A stretch of DNA of 64,000 nt from Bdellovibrionales bacterium (GCA_031426555.1 JANPLN010000059.1:1-64000), one strand, 5' to 3'; shown: positions 48,198 through 59,741, counted from the first letter of the stretch. The notes: generated from the sequence alone by a model not told the origin. A program made the numbers and translations.

Positions 48198-49685
48198 CTA
48201 CTTGTGGTTTCGGGCCATCTCGATGAAGGTTCTCACGATGGCGCCCGAAGCGCCCTTCGACGTGATATAAGGCAAACGATTGCTCACATTCCACGCTGTG
48301 CCTGCGATATCGAAATGGGCCCACGGGATATCTTTATCTACAAACGACTCCAGGAAAGCTGTTGCTGTGGCACTCCCTGCATTGCGTGACGGCGCAAGGT
48401 TTGTGAGATCGGCGTAGGTTCCACGCATGTCTTTAACGTGATCATCAATCAGTGGCATGGCCCATACGCGTTCGCCACAGGTGTCGGCGGCCACTTCTAC
48501 TTTTTTGCGAAGCTTCTCATCGCGAGTAAAAAAACCAGTGTGCGTATTGCCCAGGGCCACCATCATGGCGCCAGTGAGTGTGGCAGTGTCAAGGATCACG
48601 GCTGGTTTTTGTTCGCAGGCGTAAACTAAAGCATCGGCAAGAATCAAACGGCCTTCGGCGTCGGTGTTGTTCACTTCGATGGTTTTGCCGTTGCGGGCTT
48701 TAAAAATATCTCCCGGCTTCGTGGCTGACGGTCCTGGCATATTTTCGGTGGCAGGAACATAAGCAATGGCATTGATTTTGAGTTTCATTTTTGCAATGGC
48801 ACCCATAACAGCAATCACCGCGGCACCGCCGCACATGTCGAATTTCATTTCTTCCATGCCTGCGCCGGGCTTCAGCGAAATACCGCCGCTGTCAAAAGTG
48901 AGACCTTTACCAACAAAACAGATTGGTTTTTGTTTGGCGCCTCCGCCTTTGTACTCCATGCAAATAAATTTAGGTTCTTGATCGCTTCCATGGGACACCC
49001 CAAGAAACGATTCCATTTTTTCTTTTTCGATGAGTTTTTTATCCCAAACTTGCACTTTAAGTGAGGTGCCCTTACTTAAACTCTCAGCCTCTTTGCCGAG
49101 TTGTGTGGGAGTCATAAAGTTACCCGGGCAATCTCCCAGGTAGCGCGCAAAGTTAACAGCGTCGCCAACAGCCTGCGCGTCCTCAAGAGTTTTCTTAAGC
49201 GGCGCAGAAAACTTTTCCACACAGATTTCTGCCTTTTCCACAGTGAATTTATTTTTCGGTTCTTCTTTAAAGGCTGTGAACTGGTAATTAGAAATGACGA
49301 GGCCTTCGCCGAAACCAGTGGTTGCATCTTGGGACGAAAGTCCAGCGGGGGAGAGAATCGCAACCGATTTGAGTTTTTCGGATTTCATATAACCGAGAAT
49401 GACAGGGCTCCAGCGGCGGGCGTTTTCGGCGGTGAATTTTTTTCCTTCACCTAAACCGAGAAGTAGAAAGTGAGGTACTTGGCTCTGGCGGAGAAAAAGC
49501 ATTTCGCCCTCAGCACCTTTAAAGCGCTCTTCGGAGATGTTTTTGAGATTTTCTGTCACAAGAGTTGGCGTTTTTGGACTGGCGACAAACGTCTGGGTTT
49601 TGTCTTTGTTTGTTTTTGATCCACAAAAGACCACCACCAACTCGGCAGCTGCATTATTTGAAGTTCCTACAACGTTTAATTTCAT
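48198..49685 (-). CDS. pepA: Leucyl aminopeptidase (M17)
   Basis: GKGLTFDSGG, MKFDMCG, NTDAEGRL, ATLTGA, HFDIAG. Confidence 0.95.
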   Translation of the reverse strand: MKLNVVGTSNNAAAELVVVFCGSKTNKDKTQTFVASPKTPTLVTENLKNISEERFKGAEGEMLFLRQSQVPHFLLLGLGEGKKFTAENARRWSPVILGYMKSEKLKSVAILSPAGLSSQDATTGFGEGLVISNYQFTAFKEEPKNKFTVEKAEICVEKFSAPLKKTLEDAQAVGDAVNFARYLGDCPGNFMTPTQLGKEAESLSKGTSLKVQVWDKKLIEKEKMESFLGVSHGSDQEPKFICMEYKGGGAKQKPICFVGKGLTFDSGGISLKPGAGMEEMKFDMCGGAAVIAVMGAIAKMKLKINAIAYVPATENMPGPSATKPGDIFKARNGKTIEVNNTDAEGRLILADALVYACEQKPAVILDTATLTGAMMVALGNTHTGFFTRDEKLRKKVEVAADTCGERVWAMPLIDDHVKDMRGTYADLTNLAPSRNAGSATATAFLESFVDKDIPWAHFDIAGTAWNVSNRLPYITSKGASGAIVRTFIEMARNHK

Positions 49686-49840
49686 AAAAAATCTCCTTAT
49701 TTAGGCCCTGACTGAAGACCTCAGCTCTACCATAGTCCTGTTTGGCTGAGAAGAAGGATTTTCCACTCAATATCACAGGTATATTTCCCGAAGAGACCTT
49801 GTCATAGGAAGAAAAAGCACATATTTACACCGGGAGTTCT

Positions 49841-50476
49841 ATGAGCAAGGATCAAATGAGCACGCTAGTACCAATCGTTATTGAGCAAACACCACGAGGC
49901 GAGAGAAGTTACGATATTTATTCTCGGCTTTTGAAAGACCGTATTATCATTTTGGGCACCGCCATTAACGATGCCGTTGCAAATAATGTGATCGCACAGA
50001 TGCTGTTTTTAGAGGCAGACAATCCAGAAAAAGACATTCAGCTTTATATCAATTCCCCGGGTGGAGTTGTTACGTCTGGAATGGGCATTTACGACATTAT
50101 GCAGTTTGTGAAGTGCGACGTGTCTACGACGTGCATTGGTATGGCGGCCAGCATGGGTTCGCTTTTGTTAACTGCCGGCGCACCGGGTAAACGTTTTTGT
50201 TTGCCGCACGCGCGAGTGATGATTCACCAGCCGTTAATCAGTGGTGGTGGACTTGGTGGTCAGGTGAGCGATATCGAAATTCATGTGAAAGAGTTAGTGA
50301 GAACCAAAAAAACTCTTACCGAAATCTATCAGCATCATACAGGAAAATCTTATAATGTTCTCGATGAAGCCATGGACCGTGATAATTATATGACTGCCGA
50401 AGAAGCTAAAAATTTCGGCCTTATTGATACCGTTGTTGCCTCACGTAAATCTTCTAAAAAGGAAAACAACCAATGA
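49841..50476 (+). CDS. clpP: ATP-dependent Clp protease proteolytic subunit
   Basis: [25 protein letters not shown]. Confidence 0.97.
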   Translation: MSKDQMSTLVPIVIEQTPRGERSYDIYSRLLKDRIIILGTAINDAVANNVIAQMLFLEADNPEKDIQLYINSPGGVVTSGMGIYDIMQFVKCDVSTTCIGMAASMGSLLLTAGAPGKRFCLPHARVMIHQPLISGGGLGGQVSDIEIHVKELVRTKKTLTEIYQHHTGKSYNVLDEAMDRDNYMTAEEAKNFGLIDTVVASRKSSKKENNQ

Positions 50477-51768
50477 GCCGACGTGATGGAGCCAGTTTAC
50501 TGAGATGTAGTTTTTGCGGCAAAAATCAAAACGAAGTCAAAAAATTGATCGCGGGTCCTGGTGTTTACATTTGCGATGAATGTATTGATTTATGCACAGA
50601 CATTATCGAAGAAGAAAAAGGTCGCGAAGAAAAGCAGTCGCATCAGTTTAAAGTGCCGAAGCCAACCGAGATCAAGACCTTCCTTGACGAATATGTGATT
50701 GGGCAAACCATGGCGAAAAAAGCGCTATCAGTGGCGGTTCACAATCATTACAAGCGCATCAACAACTTATCTAAAAATCGCAAAAAAGAAGATATCGAAA
50801 TTGCAAAGAGTAACATTCTCCTCATTGGTCCCACGGGATCGGGTAAAACCTATCTTGCGCAAACCATTGCTAAGATTTTAAATGTTCCATTTGCCATGGC
50901 CGATGCCACAGCTTTAACCGAAGCCGGTTACGTGGGCGAAGACGTGGAAAACGTCATTTTGAATCTTTTGCAGGCCGCCGACTACGATATCGAAAAGGCG
51001 CAGCGTGGAGTCATTTACATCGATGAGATCGATAAAATTTCGCGCAAGTCCGAAAACCCGTCCATCACGCGCGACGTGAGTGGAGAGGGTGTTCAGCAAG
51101 CGCTTTTAAAAATTCTTGAAGGCACGGTTGCAAATCTTCCACCCAAGGGCGGAAGAAAACATCCTCAACAGGAATTCATTCAGGTCGACACAACAAATAT
51201 TTTGTTTATTTGCGGTGGCGCCTTTGTGGGTCTAGATAAAATCGTTGAAAATCGCGTCACACAAAAAACGTTGGGTATTGGCGCAGACATTAAAACGCAA
51301 AAAGAAAAAGACGTGCTAGGTCTCACAAGGTCTCTCAAAAATCTAGAGCCGGATGATTTGGCTAAGTTTGGATTGATTCCCGAATTTATCGGTCGATTGC
51401 CGGTTGTCGCTGTTCTTGAAGAGCTTGATGAGCATGCACTGATTGATATTCTCGTCAAACCAAAAAATGCGTTGATCAAGCAGTATCAAAAGCTGTTTTC
51501 CTACGAGAATGTAGACCTGAAATTCACCGAACCAGCCCTCAAAGCCATTGCGAAACAAGCTATGGACCGAAAGACGGGTGCCCGCGGACTTCGTGGTGTT
51601 ATCGAAACTGCAATGCTGGACATCATGTACGAAATTCCTTCCATGGACAACGTGAAGGAATGTACAATTAACGAAGACGTGATCAGCAAAAAAGCTGAAC
51701 CCGTACTAGTGTTTAAAACCGAGGAAGAACTTCAAAAGGCGAAAGCCGCAGGTGCAGAGAGCGCCTAA
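50473..51768 (+). CDS. clpX: Clp protease ATP-binding subunit ClpX
   Basis: CSFCG zinc finger, [24 protein letters not shown]. Confidence 0.97.
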   Translation: MSRRDGASLLRCSFCGKNQNEVKKLIAGPGVYICDECIDLCTDIIEEEKGREEKQSHQFKVPKPTEIKTFLDEYVIGQTMAKKALSVAVHNHYKRINNLSKNRKKEDIEIAKSNILLIGPTGSGKTYLAQTIAKILNVPFAMADATALTEAGYVGEDVENVILNLLQAADYDIEKAQRGVIYIDEIDKISRKSENPSITRDVSGEGVQQALLKILEGTVANLPPKGGRKHPQQEFIQVDTTNILFICGGAFVGLDKIVENRVTQKTLGIGADIKTQKEKDVLGLTRSLKNLEPDDLAKFGLIPEFIGRLPVVAVLEELDEHALIDILVKPKNALIKQYQKLFSYENVDLKFTEPALKAIAKQAMDRKTGARGLRGVIETAMLDIMYEIPSMDNVKECTINEDVISKKAEPVLVFKTEEELQKAKAAGAESA

Positions 51769-51821
51769 AGCATTCGCTAACCGGAACCTTCCTCCATGTG
51801 TCTAAACTAAAGGGGGAAGGA

Positions 51822-54287
51822 ATGGCTCAAATGGAAACTCTCGAACTACCGCTATTACCACTTAGAGATCTAATTATTTTTCCGCATATGATGATGCCGT
51901 TGTTTGTTGGAAGAGAAAAAAGCATCAATGCCCTCGAAGAGGCCATGGCAAAACAAATTGATATTGTTTTGGCCGCGCAAAAAGATGCAAAGACCAACAA
52001 TCCCAATCCCGACGAAGTTTATCAAATTGGAACCTTGGGAACGATCATTCAACTTTTGCGCTTACCAGACGGAACCGTGAAAGTTTTAATCGAAGGCAAA
52101 AAGCGCGTAAAGATCGAAAGCTTTACCGACAACGAAAAATTCTTCAAAGTGAAGGTGAAAGTTTTCGAGGAAGATTTGGGTGATGAGGTCGAATTAAAGG
52201 CTCTTATCCGCTCTGTAAAAATGACTTTTGAAAAATACGTAAAACTCAATAAACGCATTCCACCAGAAATCCTTATGCGCGTTTCGAGCATCGAAACAGC
52301 TGGGGAATTAGCGGATATTATTGTTGCTCAGTTGAATTTGAAATTGGAAGATAAACAAAAGCTTCTCGAGCAAATCAATACATCCAAGCGCCTGGAAGAG
52401 TTGCTCAATATGATGACCAGCGAAATCGAAATTCTCGAAGTTGAGAAAAAGATTCGCAGTCGCGTGAAGAAGCAAATGGAAAAGTCGCAAAAAGAATACT
52501 ATCTCAACGAGCAAATGCAGGCGATCCAGAAGGAGCTTGGCGAGAAAGACGATTATCAAGCAGAACTCATGGAGCTAGAAGAGAAAGCTCGCGAAAAGAA
52601 AATGAGCAAAGAAGCCAAGGAGAAGGTTTTTAAAGAGCTTAAAAAACTCAAAATGATGTCGCCCATGAGCGCAGAAGCTGCGGTTGTGCGTAACTACATC
52701 GACTGGCTCCTCACTTTACCGTGGTTTAACTACTCGGAAGAGAAAAAGGAGCTAGAATTCGCCGAAAATATTTTAAACGAAGATCATTGGGGCCTCGAAA
52801 AAGTAAAAGAGCGCATCCTCGAACACATTGCAGTTCACTGTCTCAGCGAAGAGACCAAAGGCCCAATTTTGTGCCTCGTTGGTCCTCCGGGAGTTGGTAA
52901 AACGTCGTTGGCAAAGTCCATTGCAAAGGCGCTCAATCGCAGTTTCACTCGTATTTCATTGGGTGGAGTGCGCGATGAGGCAGAGATCCGTGGACACAGA
53001 AAAACCTACGTCGGCGCGATGCCAGGAAAAATCATCCAATCGCTGCGCAAAGTAGAACACGGCAATCCGCTGATCTTGCTCGATGAGATTGATAAGATGA
53101 GCAACGACTTCCGTGGAGACCCATCGGCGGCCATGCTCGAAGTTCTTGATCCAGAGCAAAACTCTACCTTCCAAGATCACTATCTCGAAGTGGAATACGA
53201 TCTTTCCAAGGTGATGTTCTTTACTACGGCAAACTCACTGCACAGCATTCCACGTCCTCTGTTGGATCGTATGGAAGTGATTTCGCTCGAAGGTTATATT
53301 GATAGCGAAAAATTGCATATCGCCAAAAAATATTTGCTGCCGAAACAACTTCAGCAACATGGACTTGGACCTTACAAAATTCAAGTTCCTGATCCGGTTA
53401 TTAAAGACATAGTTCAGTACTACACTCGCGAAGCAGGTGTGAGAAACTTGGAACGTCAACTTGCAAACTTATGTCGAAAGCTGGCGAAAGAGATTGTTCG
53501 CGAAGAAGCAATCGAGCGTCACATGAAGAGCAATCAGAAGAAACCGACGCGCTCACAGGTGAGCAAAGCTGGGATCAAAAAAACGTACACGATCACTGCC
53601 AAAAAACTTGTGGAAATGTTGGGGCCGCACAAGTACAAACACGGTAAAATCGAAGAGATCAACGAGATCGGTTTAACAAACGGAATGGCTTACACCGAAG
53701 TGGGTGGAGATCTGTTGCCTATCGAAGTGACGGTGGTTCCAGGTAAAGGAAAGTTTACTGTCACAGGCTCATTAGGTGATGTGATGAAGGAATCCTGCTC
53801 GGCCGCCATGAGTTACGTGCGCTCACGGGGTCCGCTGTTTGGCCTGGATAAAGACTTTTTCTATGCTATCGACATCCATATTCACGTGCCAGAGGGAGCG
53901 ATTCCCAAAGATGGTCCTTCGGCAGGGTGCGCTATCACCACGAGTATTGTGTCGGCGATTACAAAAACGCCGGTTTTACGAACGGTGGCGATGACGGGTG
54001 AGATCACCCTTCGCGGTCGGGTTTTGCCAATCGGCGGCGTAAAGGAAAAAGTCCTTTCTGCCTACCGCGGCGGGATCCGCACGGTGATCCTCCCTAAGGA
54101 GAACGAAAAGGATCTGCGCGATATTCCAGAGGAAGTCGTAAAAGATCTGAAGATTGTTCTGGTGGATCATGTGGATCAGGTGCTTGTGCATGCGTTAGAG
54201 ATTCGCAATGCGAAGGATCTTTTTAAATCAACGCGAGACGCCAACCTCGGTCTTAAAGCCCAATATACGGGCCATTCTTATCACTAA
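51822..54287 (+). CDS. lon: Lon protease
   Basis: LPLRD N-domain, [23 protein letters not shown]. Confidence 0.97.
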   Translation: MAQMETLELPLLPLRDLIIFPHMMMPLFVGREKSINALEEAMAKQIDIVLAAQKDAKTNNPNPDEVYQIGTLGTIIQLLRLPDGTVKVLIEGKKRVKIESFTDNEKFFKVKVKVFEEDLGDEVELKALIRSVKMTFEKYVKLNKRIPPEILMRVSSIETAGELADIIVAQLNLKLEDKQKLLEQINTSKRLEELLNMMTSEIEILEVEKKIRSRVKKQMEKSQKEYYLNEQMQAIQKELGEKDDYQAELMELEEKAREKKMSKEAKEKVFKELKKLKMMSPMSAEAAVVRNYIDWLLTLPWFNYSEEKKELEFAENILNEDHWGLEKVKERILEHIAVHCLSEETKGPILCLVGPPGVGKTSLAKSIAKALNRSFTRISLGGVRDEAEIRGHRKTYVGAMPGKIIQSLRKVEHGNPLILLDEIDKMSNDFRGDPSAAMLEVLDPEQNSTFQDHYLEVEYDLSKVMFFTTANSLHSIPRPLLDRMEVISLEGYIDSEKLHIAKKYLLPKQLQQHGLGPYKIQVPDPVIKDIVQYYTREAGVRNLERQLANLCRKLAKEIVREEAIERHMKSNQKKPTRSQVSKAGIKKTYTITAKKLVEMLGPHKYKHGKIEEINEIGLTNGMAYTEVGGDLLPIEVTVVPGKGKFTVTGSLGDVMKESCSAAMSYVRSRGPLFGLDKDFFYAIDIHIHVPEGAIPKDGPSAGCAITTSIVSAITKTPVLRTVAMTGEITLRGRVLPIGGVKEKVLSAYRGGIRTVILPKENEKDLRDIPEEVVKDLKIVLVDHVDQVLVHALEIRNAKDLFKSTRDANLGLKAQYTGHSYH

Positions 54288-54301
54288 AGTATTTGAGTTC
54301 C

Positions 54302-54324
54302 GCGTCACCCGTTCTGGGTGACGC
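54302..54324 (+). terminator. Hairpin after lon
   Basis: GCGTCACCC-N5-GGGTGACGC; no clear U-tract. Confidence 0.45.
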
Positions 54325-54462
54325 TCTGACCTTCAAAGACGAACTTTTGTAGTTTTTTTATAGCTCCCGCTTGTAAAATAAAAATCACACGCTAAACTTA
54401 TTTTCCGAACTCCCGTAGGGGGTTCGAACGGTGAAACTGATTTTGCCGTTTGGGGGAGGAAA

Positions 54463-55581
54463 ATGGAGTCTACTTCCATAACGGCCCATGAGATCGGGCG
54501 ACTGTATTATGAGCGTGGAGATATGCTCAAAGCCGTAGCGGTTCTGGAAACAGAAGCTGCGCGACTTTTAAGTATTGAACAAGACGATCAGTTTCTGGAA
54601 GTGGTTCACCTCTTATTCCGCAGTTATGCCGAACTTCTCAATTTTGAAAAAATCCAGTTTTACAAAACTCTCCTTTTAGAGCGTGTGGGTAAACAGGGTA
54701 TTACCGTTACCGGAAAGACCTACTACATTTTGGCGCTCTGTGCTTCGTACAAAAACGAACACGATTTGGCCATTGAGTATTGCCAAAAATCGTTAACGCT
54801 TTCTTTGGCTCAGGAAAATAAAGAAACCGTTTGCTACGCCATCCTCGGCTTAGCGATCTCGTATTATTCTTTGGACCGCATCGACGACGCCTTCAAAGAA
54901 ATCTACAACCTGCAAGTTTTTATGAACGTGCTGCCGCTTCCAGAGATACGCATTTCAATGCAACTTCTCAAAGCACACATTTATCGCAAAATGAAAAAGT
55001 ACGATGCAGCTATTGAGATGCTGTGGGACGGTTACGCACTTTTAAAAGAGCAAAAAAACTTTCATATTTCGCTCTCGCTCCTTTACGGCATGGCTCTGAC
55101 TTATAAAGAGGCAGGGCAAATCACTGAGGCGCGAAACTACGTAAAGCTTGTTCAGCAATCCATCGATAAGAACAACTTAAAGCGCCTGGGAAGTTTTATC
55201 GAAACCTTGGCAAAAGACATCGGAGCCGGCGACGAGCCTCGCTACGATATTATTTTTGATAACTCAGACCACTCAGTTGTTGAAAAAGGGAAAGGGCGCA
55301 TCGACTTTAACAACCAATTTATTCTGATTGATCTGCTTAAACTGTTTCTCACTCATCCAGGGCAGTCCTTTAGCAAAGAGCAACTGGTCAAATTAATTTG
55401 GAAACAATCATACAATCCTGACGTGCACGACAATAAAATTTATGTGACCATCAAACGGTTAAGACAGTTGATCGAACCAGATATCGAAAAACCTAAATAT
55501 ATTTTTAGATCGAAGAGCGGATATTACTTTAATAAAGAATCGAGTGTTGTTGTGAAAGAGCAGATGAGGGAGAGATTATGA
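54463..55581 (+). CDS. TPR plus C-terminal OmpR-type winged-helix regulator
   Basis: TPR-like helices; SKEQL...IW, IYVTIKRLR..IE, GYYF. Confidence 0.82.
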   Translation: MESTSITAHEIGRLYYERGDMLKAVAVLETEAARLLSIEQDDQFLEVVHLLFRSYAELLNFEKIQFYKTLLLERVGKQGITVTGKTYYILALCASYKNEHDLAIEYCQKSLTLSLAQENKETVCYAILGLAISYYSLDRIDDAFKEIYNLQVFMNVLPLPEIRISMQLLKAHIYRKMKKYDAAIEMLWDGYALLKEQKNFHISLSLLYGMALTYKEAGQITEARNYVKLVQQSIDKNNLKRLGSFIETLAKDIGAGDEPRYDIIFDNSDHSVVEKGKGRIDFNNQFILIDLLKLFLTHPGQSFSKEQLVKLIWKQSYNPDVHDNKIYVTIKRLRQLIEPDIEKPKYIFRSKSGYYFNKESSVVVKEQMRERL

Positions 55582-56045
55582 AAAGTATAGCTATGTGTCT
55601 GTTGCTGATTTGCAATGTTGCACTTGCTGGCCCCGAAGTACCATGGCCAGAAGCTAATCAGCGCGAAGTATTTGTGGACGATCTCCAGGGTCTTTGGGGA
55701 AGTTTTAATTTAACCAACCCGCAGCAGGCTTTTAAAATTCAGGTTCAAGAGGCCAATTTTAATTTGTCGTGCCCGTATGTGGTCACGGTAACGGCCATCA
55801 ACCCCTACTCGGGTGAAGTTTCTTCGAAAGACATCGATGTGATTTGCTCAAGTTTCCCGCGAAAAGTGACCTTTATATTGTCCAACGAATCTGACAACAC
55901 GCGCCAGTATGTTGAAATTGTTGGCCTTTGGAAGGATAAGAGCGCCCAAGAGCTCGGCCGCCAATATTTAGGCATAACCGTTTATAATTACGGGGAATTT
56001 AAAGAGAAGGTCTATCAAGACATTTTTTATAAAATCTCACAATAG
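55578..56045 (+). CDS. Secreted hypothetical protein
   Basis: Signal peptide, GPEVPWP; overlaps the upstream stop. Confidence 0.7.
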   Translation: MKSIAMCLLLICNVALAGPEVPWPEANQREVFVDDLQGLWGSFNLTNPQQAFKIQVQEANFNLSCPYVVTVTAINPYSGEVSSKDIDVICSSFPRKVTFILSNESDNTRQYVEIVGLWKDKSAQELGRQYLGITVYNYGEFKEKVYQDIFYKISQ

Positions 56046-56075
56046 CGGAAAATTTCATTTTTCAACTCGACAACA

Positions 56076-56106
56076 AAAGCCTTATCCAATATACGGATAG
56101 GGCTTT
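56076..56106 (+). terminator. Hairpin between 55578..56045 and tRNA-Val
   Basis: AAAGCCTTATCC-N7-GGATAGGGCTTT. Confidence 0.5.
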
Positions 56107-56112
56107 AATTTT

Positions 56113-56188
56113 AGGGAATTAGCTCAGTTGGTAGAGCGCCACCCTTACAAGGTGGATGTCATCGGTTCGAGCCCGGTATTCCCTACCA
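56113..56188 (+). tRNA. tRNA-Val(TAC)
   Basis: 76-nt cloverleaf; anticodon arm CCACC-CTTACAA-GGTGG; GGTTCGA; CCA end. Confidence 0.97.
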
Positions 56189-56211
56189 AATCTTTTTTGC
56201 GCCGTGGGCAC

Positions 56212-57414
56212 ATGAAGCCTTTGCCTCACACTGGACAGCCCATAAAATCGGCGATAAACTTTGCACCTAGTGAACCTTTTCAATCCGAAAGCGCCTGCAT
56301 TTTACCATTTCTCGCCACCGATATTTCTTCGGATGGTCATTATGCTTTATGCTGTGAGGCGGATCGACCGCAGGCGAATACACAGGGCTTAGGTATGTCG
56401 AAATGGTTTATGGGACCAGAAATGAATTCCGCGCGTAACCTAATACGGGCGGGCGCCGTGCCGCTCGAATGCAAAAGCTGCTTTATAAAAGAAGGTCGCG
56501 GGGAAGAGTCGATGCGCCTGCGCATCTGGCGCTACTTTAATGAGGGGCACTATGGCCCGGGTGAAAACCTAGTTACATCTCCAGAGCTTCGGCTCTTAAT
56601 GTACCGCTTCGGAAACTCATGTAACTTAAGTTGCTTGATGTGCAATGCCAACGCCAGTTCCACTTATGGCGAGGAGGCCCGGCAATTGAGTGAGGGCTCG
56701 TGGAGTGTGCATTCTAACCCGGTTGATCTCTCCGATGCAGAACTGGCAAAGCTGCGCGTGCTGTATTTGGGCGGTGGTGAGCCTTCGATGTCGAAGGAAT
56801 GTAACAGCCTTTTGGATCGCATCTGCGCAGTGAAGAATACTGAGCTCACTGTTGTGCTCAATACCAATGGAACCTTACCCCATTCGCCATTTTTTCGTAA
56901 ACTCACTCAGTTTAAATTTGTTTTGGTCGGTTACAGCATTGATGGATTCGGTGATAGCTACAATCTGATTCGCTATCCGATGAAATGGGACAAACTTGAG
57001 CGCAATATTCAAACCATGTTTAACAACTACCCGCAGTTCAACTTTGAGATTTGGTTCACGTTAAACAACTTGAATTTGAGTTCGATCCCATCATTTTTAC
57101 ACTGGTGGCTGGAGCTTTGCGAGGGAAGTCCCACTGGACATGTTCAATTGAATTTCAGTGAAGTCAAAGCGCCTGAGTTTTTGCGTCCAGATTTGTGTGC
57201 GCCTGACGAAATTCAAAGAGTGAAGAGATTAGTGCTGTCGTTATTGTCTGATGAGAGGGTTCAGCAAAATAGTGAGAAGCTGAAGTCCGTGCGTGAGATC
57301 GCGTTGAAACTTTCGTTATTGAATACAAATGAGAATGCGAAGCGACTTTTAACTGAGCGGGATCAGTTTGTGGAAAAGCGAATGTGCTACCGAGCGCAGA
57401 CCCAAGGTGGCTAA
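56212..57414 (+). CDS. Radical SAM protein with N-terminal twitch/SPASM-like Cys domain
   Basis: CILPF..CC..CKSC, then CNLSCLMC, GGEP, NTNG, SIDG. Confidence 0.85.
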   Translation: MKPLPHTGQPIKSAINFAPSEPFQSESACILPFLATDISSDGHYALCCEADRPQANTQGLGMSKWFMGPEMNSARNLIRAGAVPLECKSCFIKEGRGEESMRLRIWRYFNEGHYGPGENLVTSPELRLLMYRFGNSCNLSCLMCNANASSTYGEEARQLSEGSWSVHSNPVDLSDAELAKLRVLYLGGGEPSMSKECNSLLDRICAVKNTELTVVLNTNGTLPHSPFFRKLTQFKFVLVGYSIDGFGDSYNLIRYPMKWDKLERNIQTMFNNYPQFNFEIWFTLNNLNLSSIPSFLHWWLELCEGSPTGHVQLNFSEVKAPEFLRPDLCAPDEIQRVKRLVLSLLSDERVQQNSEKLKSVREIALKLSLLNTNENAKRLLTERDQFVEKRMCYRAQTQGG

Positions 57415-58040
57415 ATGCCGACTCCTCTTTTTCGGAGGACGACATCGCAATACATCTGCGGATGAAAAGCTAGATAAATCAACTCGTAGTCGTACTCTAA
57501 ACAAAACTCGTTTGTAGCATCAACGACGCCCATCCTGTATTTGTTGATATGATCATACAACAAATAATCATTGAGAAGAATTAAGCCATCGGTCTTCACT
57601 TTTCGTTTTGCAACCAGAAGTTCCTTCTTCACATACTCATAGGAGTGATTACCATCGATGTAGATCCAATCAAAATAATTATCTTCAAACTCTTCTAAAA
57701 GGTCATAGGAGTTTCCGATATGAGGAGTGATTTGACCGGGTTGAGCCAAGGGTTCTAGGCGTTCCATGACCTCATTCATAAAAGGTTCATGGATCTCAAT
57801 GAGATGAAGTTTTTTTGGCTGAACGCACTTAAGTATTTCTTCTGAAAAATATCCTTCAAAAATACCGATCTCTGCGCAGATAGAGTTTTTAGGTAAAGTC
57901 TTTAGAAGCTCCTCGCGGCTCACCAACAAACGGCAGTTTTGAATATGCTGTGAGGCCAGCTTTGGAATGTCTATTAAAGTAACGTTGGGTGCAGGAGAAG
58001 TTTGCTTTAAGAGCTTTTCGCGCCAGTGGCTAAGGATCAT
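57411..58040 (-). CDS. Class I SAM-dependent methyltransferase (Methyltransf_24-like)
   Basis: EIGIFEG, FDWIYIDGNHSY, LNDY; start set at the internal ATG. Confidence 0.85.
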   Translation of the reverse strand: MILSHWREKLLKQTSPAPNVTLIDIPKLASQHIQNCRLLVSREELLKTLPKNSICAEIGIFEGYFSEEILKCVQPKKLHLIEIHEPFMNEVMERLEPLAQPGQITPHIGNSYDLLEEFEDNYFDWIYIDGNHSYEYVKKELLVAKRKVKTDGLILLNDYLLYDHINKYRMGVVDATNEFCLEYDYELIYLAFHPQMYCDVVLRKRGVGI

Positions 58041-58195
58041 TGGATCATGATTGGATTCCAAACGTACTTTGTCAAGACACGAAAACACTCTGGTGCGGAT
58101 CTCGCAATCTAGGGTGCTGGGTGGGGTACAAAGCTTGAATTGGGCCAACGAAACGGACTCGAAGTCGTATTGCCAAAATAGTTTTGGCAATCAAA

Positions 58196-58224
58196 AAAGG
58201 ACCCCTACAAAGTAAGGGTCCTTT
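58196..58224 (-). terminator. Intrinsic terminator of 58230..58571
   Basis: AAAGGACCC...GGGTCCTTT with a T-run on the minus strand. Confidence 0.65.
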
Positions 58225-58229
58225 ATTTA

Positions 58230-58571
58230 CTATGACTCCTGATTTTTTACGACTTTACAGGTATAGGTTTGGCCTTCTTCAGCGGAATAAACTTCCACAG
58301 AGATTTCCCAAGAGCCAGCCATTATGTCACCAAAAAGGTTATAACCTTCAAGCTTGTATACGCTGGTGGTGGAAGCTTCGCCCAATTTCATCGACACTTG
58401 CGTGATGGCATTAAATCGCGCCACACCTTTTACGTTGTTTTCAACCACAGAGAGACATTTTTCAACTCCTGGCTGACGGGCCATATTTGCAGCGGTTAAT
58501 ACATCTACAGGTTTTCCCGCCATGGCGAGAGTGGGTAATACAAACAACACGCTAGCGATAAACATTTTCAT
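58230..58571 (-). CDS. Secreted hypothetical protein
   Basis: Signal peptide (..LAMA), GAGG RBS, 2 Cys. Confidence 0.7.
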   Translation of the reverse strand: MKMFIASVLFVLPTLAMAGKPVDVLTAANMARQPGVEKCLSVVENNVKGVARFNAITQVSMKLGEASTTSVYKLEGYNLFGDIMAGSWEISVEVYSAEEGQTYTCKVVKNQES

Positions 58572-58698
58572 AGAGACCTCTTTCGGTTAAATTTTTTTTA
58601 GCACGAAGCGGGAATCTACATGAGGGTGAAGTAAATATACAGCCCCCCCTGTAAAAGGGAAAGGACTGACCAATTTTTAAACACTTCACCAGCAATAA

Positions 58699-59277
58699 TT
58701 AAAAAATGTATCCTAAGCGTGCGATGGTGATATTCAGGTACGCGGTGTCGCCAAACTTATCCATGGCATCCACAACATCTTGATAGTTGGGATCGGTGGT
58801 TGGAACACCGGGGGCGGTGAGAGTGTTTTTTGCGTTCATGGGAATGATGTACGCTAAATCGACGCCAAACCAAAATCCCTTGTCTTGCGCTCCCCACATC
58901 CATCCGAGTTTTGCAATGGCTGTTGCGGCGGTGACTTCGGCGCGCACTTGATTAGGTCCACCAACTTCGGTGGCTGTGACCTCGAGTTTTTCTCTACCAA
59001 GACCGGCTCCTAAAAAGAACGATCCCGAAAAGGGGTGGTAGGTCACAAAAATTTCGGGCATCGTGAGTTTCGCTTCCGCTTCGTCGATGGAGATATCTAA
59101 TATATTGTACACCACCGAAACTCTCAATTGGCTCGAAAAAGTGTAGTTGGCTCCAACCTGTCCTAAGTAAGGGAGCCCAATACCCACATTGACGCCAAAG
59201 CCGCTGTCTGTGTCTTCCTGAGCATAGGCACTTGTTGAAAGCAAAATCACAAACAGAAATAGACCTCGTATTGACAT
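58699..59277 (-). CDS. Outer-membrane beta-barrel protein
   Basis: Signal peptide, amphipathic strands, C-terminal RLGYIF. Confidence 0.75.
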   Translation of the reverse strand: MSIRGLFLFVILLSTSAYAQEDTDSGFGVNVGIGLPYLGQVGANYTFSSQLRVSVVYNILDISIDEAEAKLTMPEIFVTYHPFSGSFFLGAGLGREKLEVTATEVGGPNQVRAEVTAATAIAKLGWMWGAQDKGFWFGVDLAYIIPMNAKNTLTAPGVPTTDPNYQDVVDAMDKFGDTAYLNITIARLGYIF

Positions 59278-59299
59278 GTAAACTCCTTATATTTTTTAA

Positions 59300-59563
59300 T
59301 TACTCAAGCAATTTATTCTTGCGGACGACGGCTTGCACGTAGCCACAAACAGGAACAATTTTTTTAGCCTCTGGCTTGAGCTGAGAAATAACTTCTTTGA
59401 CTAAAAAGTTTCCAACGCCAGTGCCTCTGAAGGCAGGATCCACAAAGGCATAATCGAGAAAAACGGTTTGCTCGTCAAAAGACATATCCATGTGGGCGGC
59501 GACCTGGCCGTCACTGTCCACTACAAACTGCTCTTTACTTTTCCTAATCAATTTCCAATTCAT
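59300..59563 (-). CDS. Small YjdJ-like GNAT acetyltransferase
   Basis: FVDPAFRGTGVG, IVPVCGYV. Confidence 0.82.
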   Translation of the reverse strand: MNWKLIRKSKEQFVVDSDGQVAAHMDMSFDEQTVFLDYAFVDPAFRGTGVGNFLVKEVISQLKPEAKKIVPVCGYVQAVVRKNKLLE

Positions 59564-59741
59564 TTTATTCTTTCTTGTTTCAATTCTATAGATTTGAATA
59601 CCGCTAGAAAATTGTCAATGCATTCTTCTTAATCAAATCCTAACTTTGACTGTGAACTCTTGTCCCCTACGATAATGACAGACGGATTTTACAAACAGCG
59701 CTGGCAGTATTTGATCGCCAGTCAAAACTCATGAGGGATTT

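Noticed and set aside
56128..56211. N-terminal extension of the radical SAM ORF through the tRNA
   Set aside because: It overlaps tRNA-Val; the ATG at 56212 is more plausible.
56113..59563. tRNA-anchored prophage or integrative element (also at tRNA-Phe)
   Set aside because: No integrase, phage genes or duplicated tRNA 3' end found by eye.
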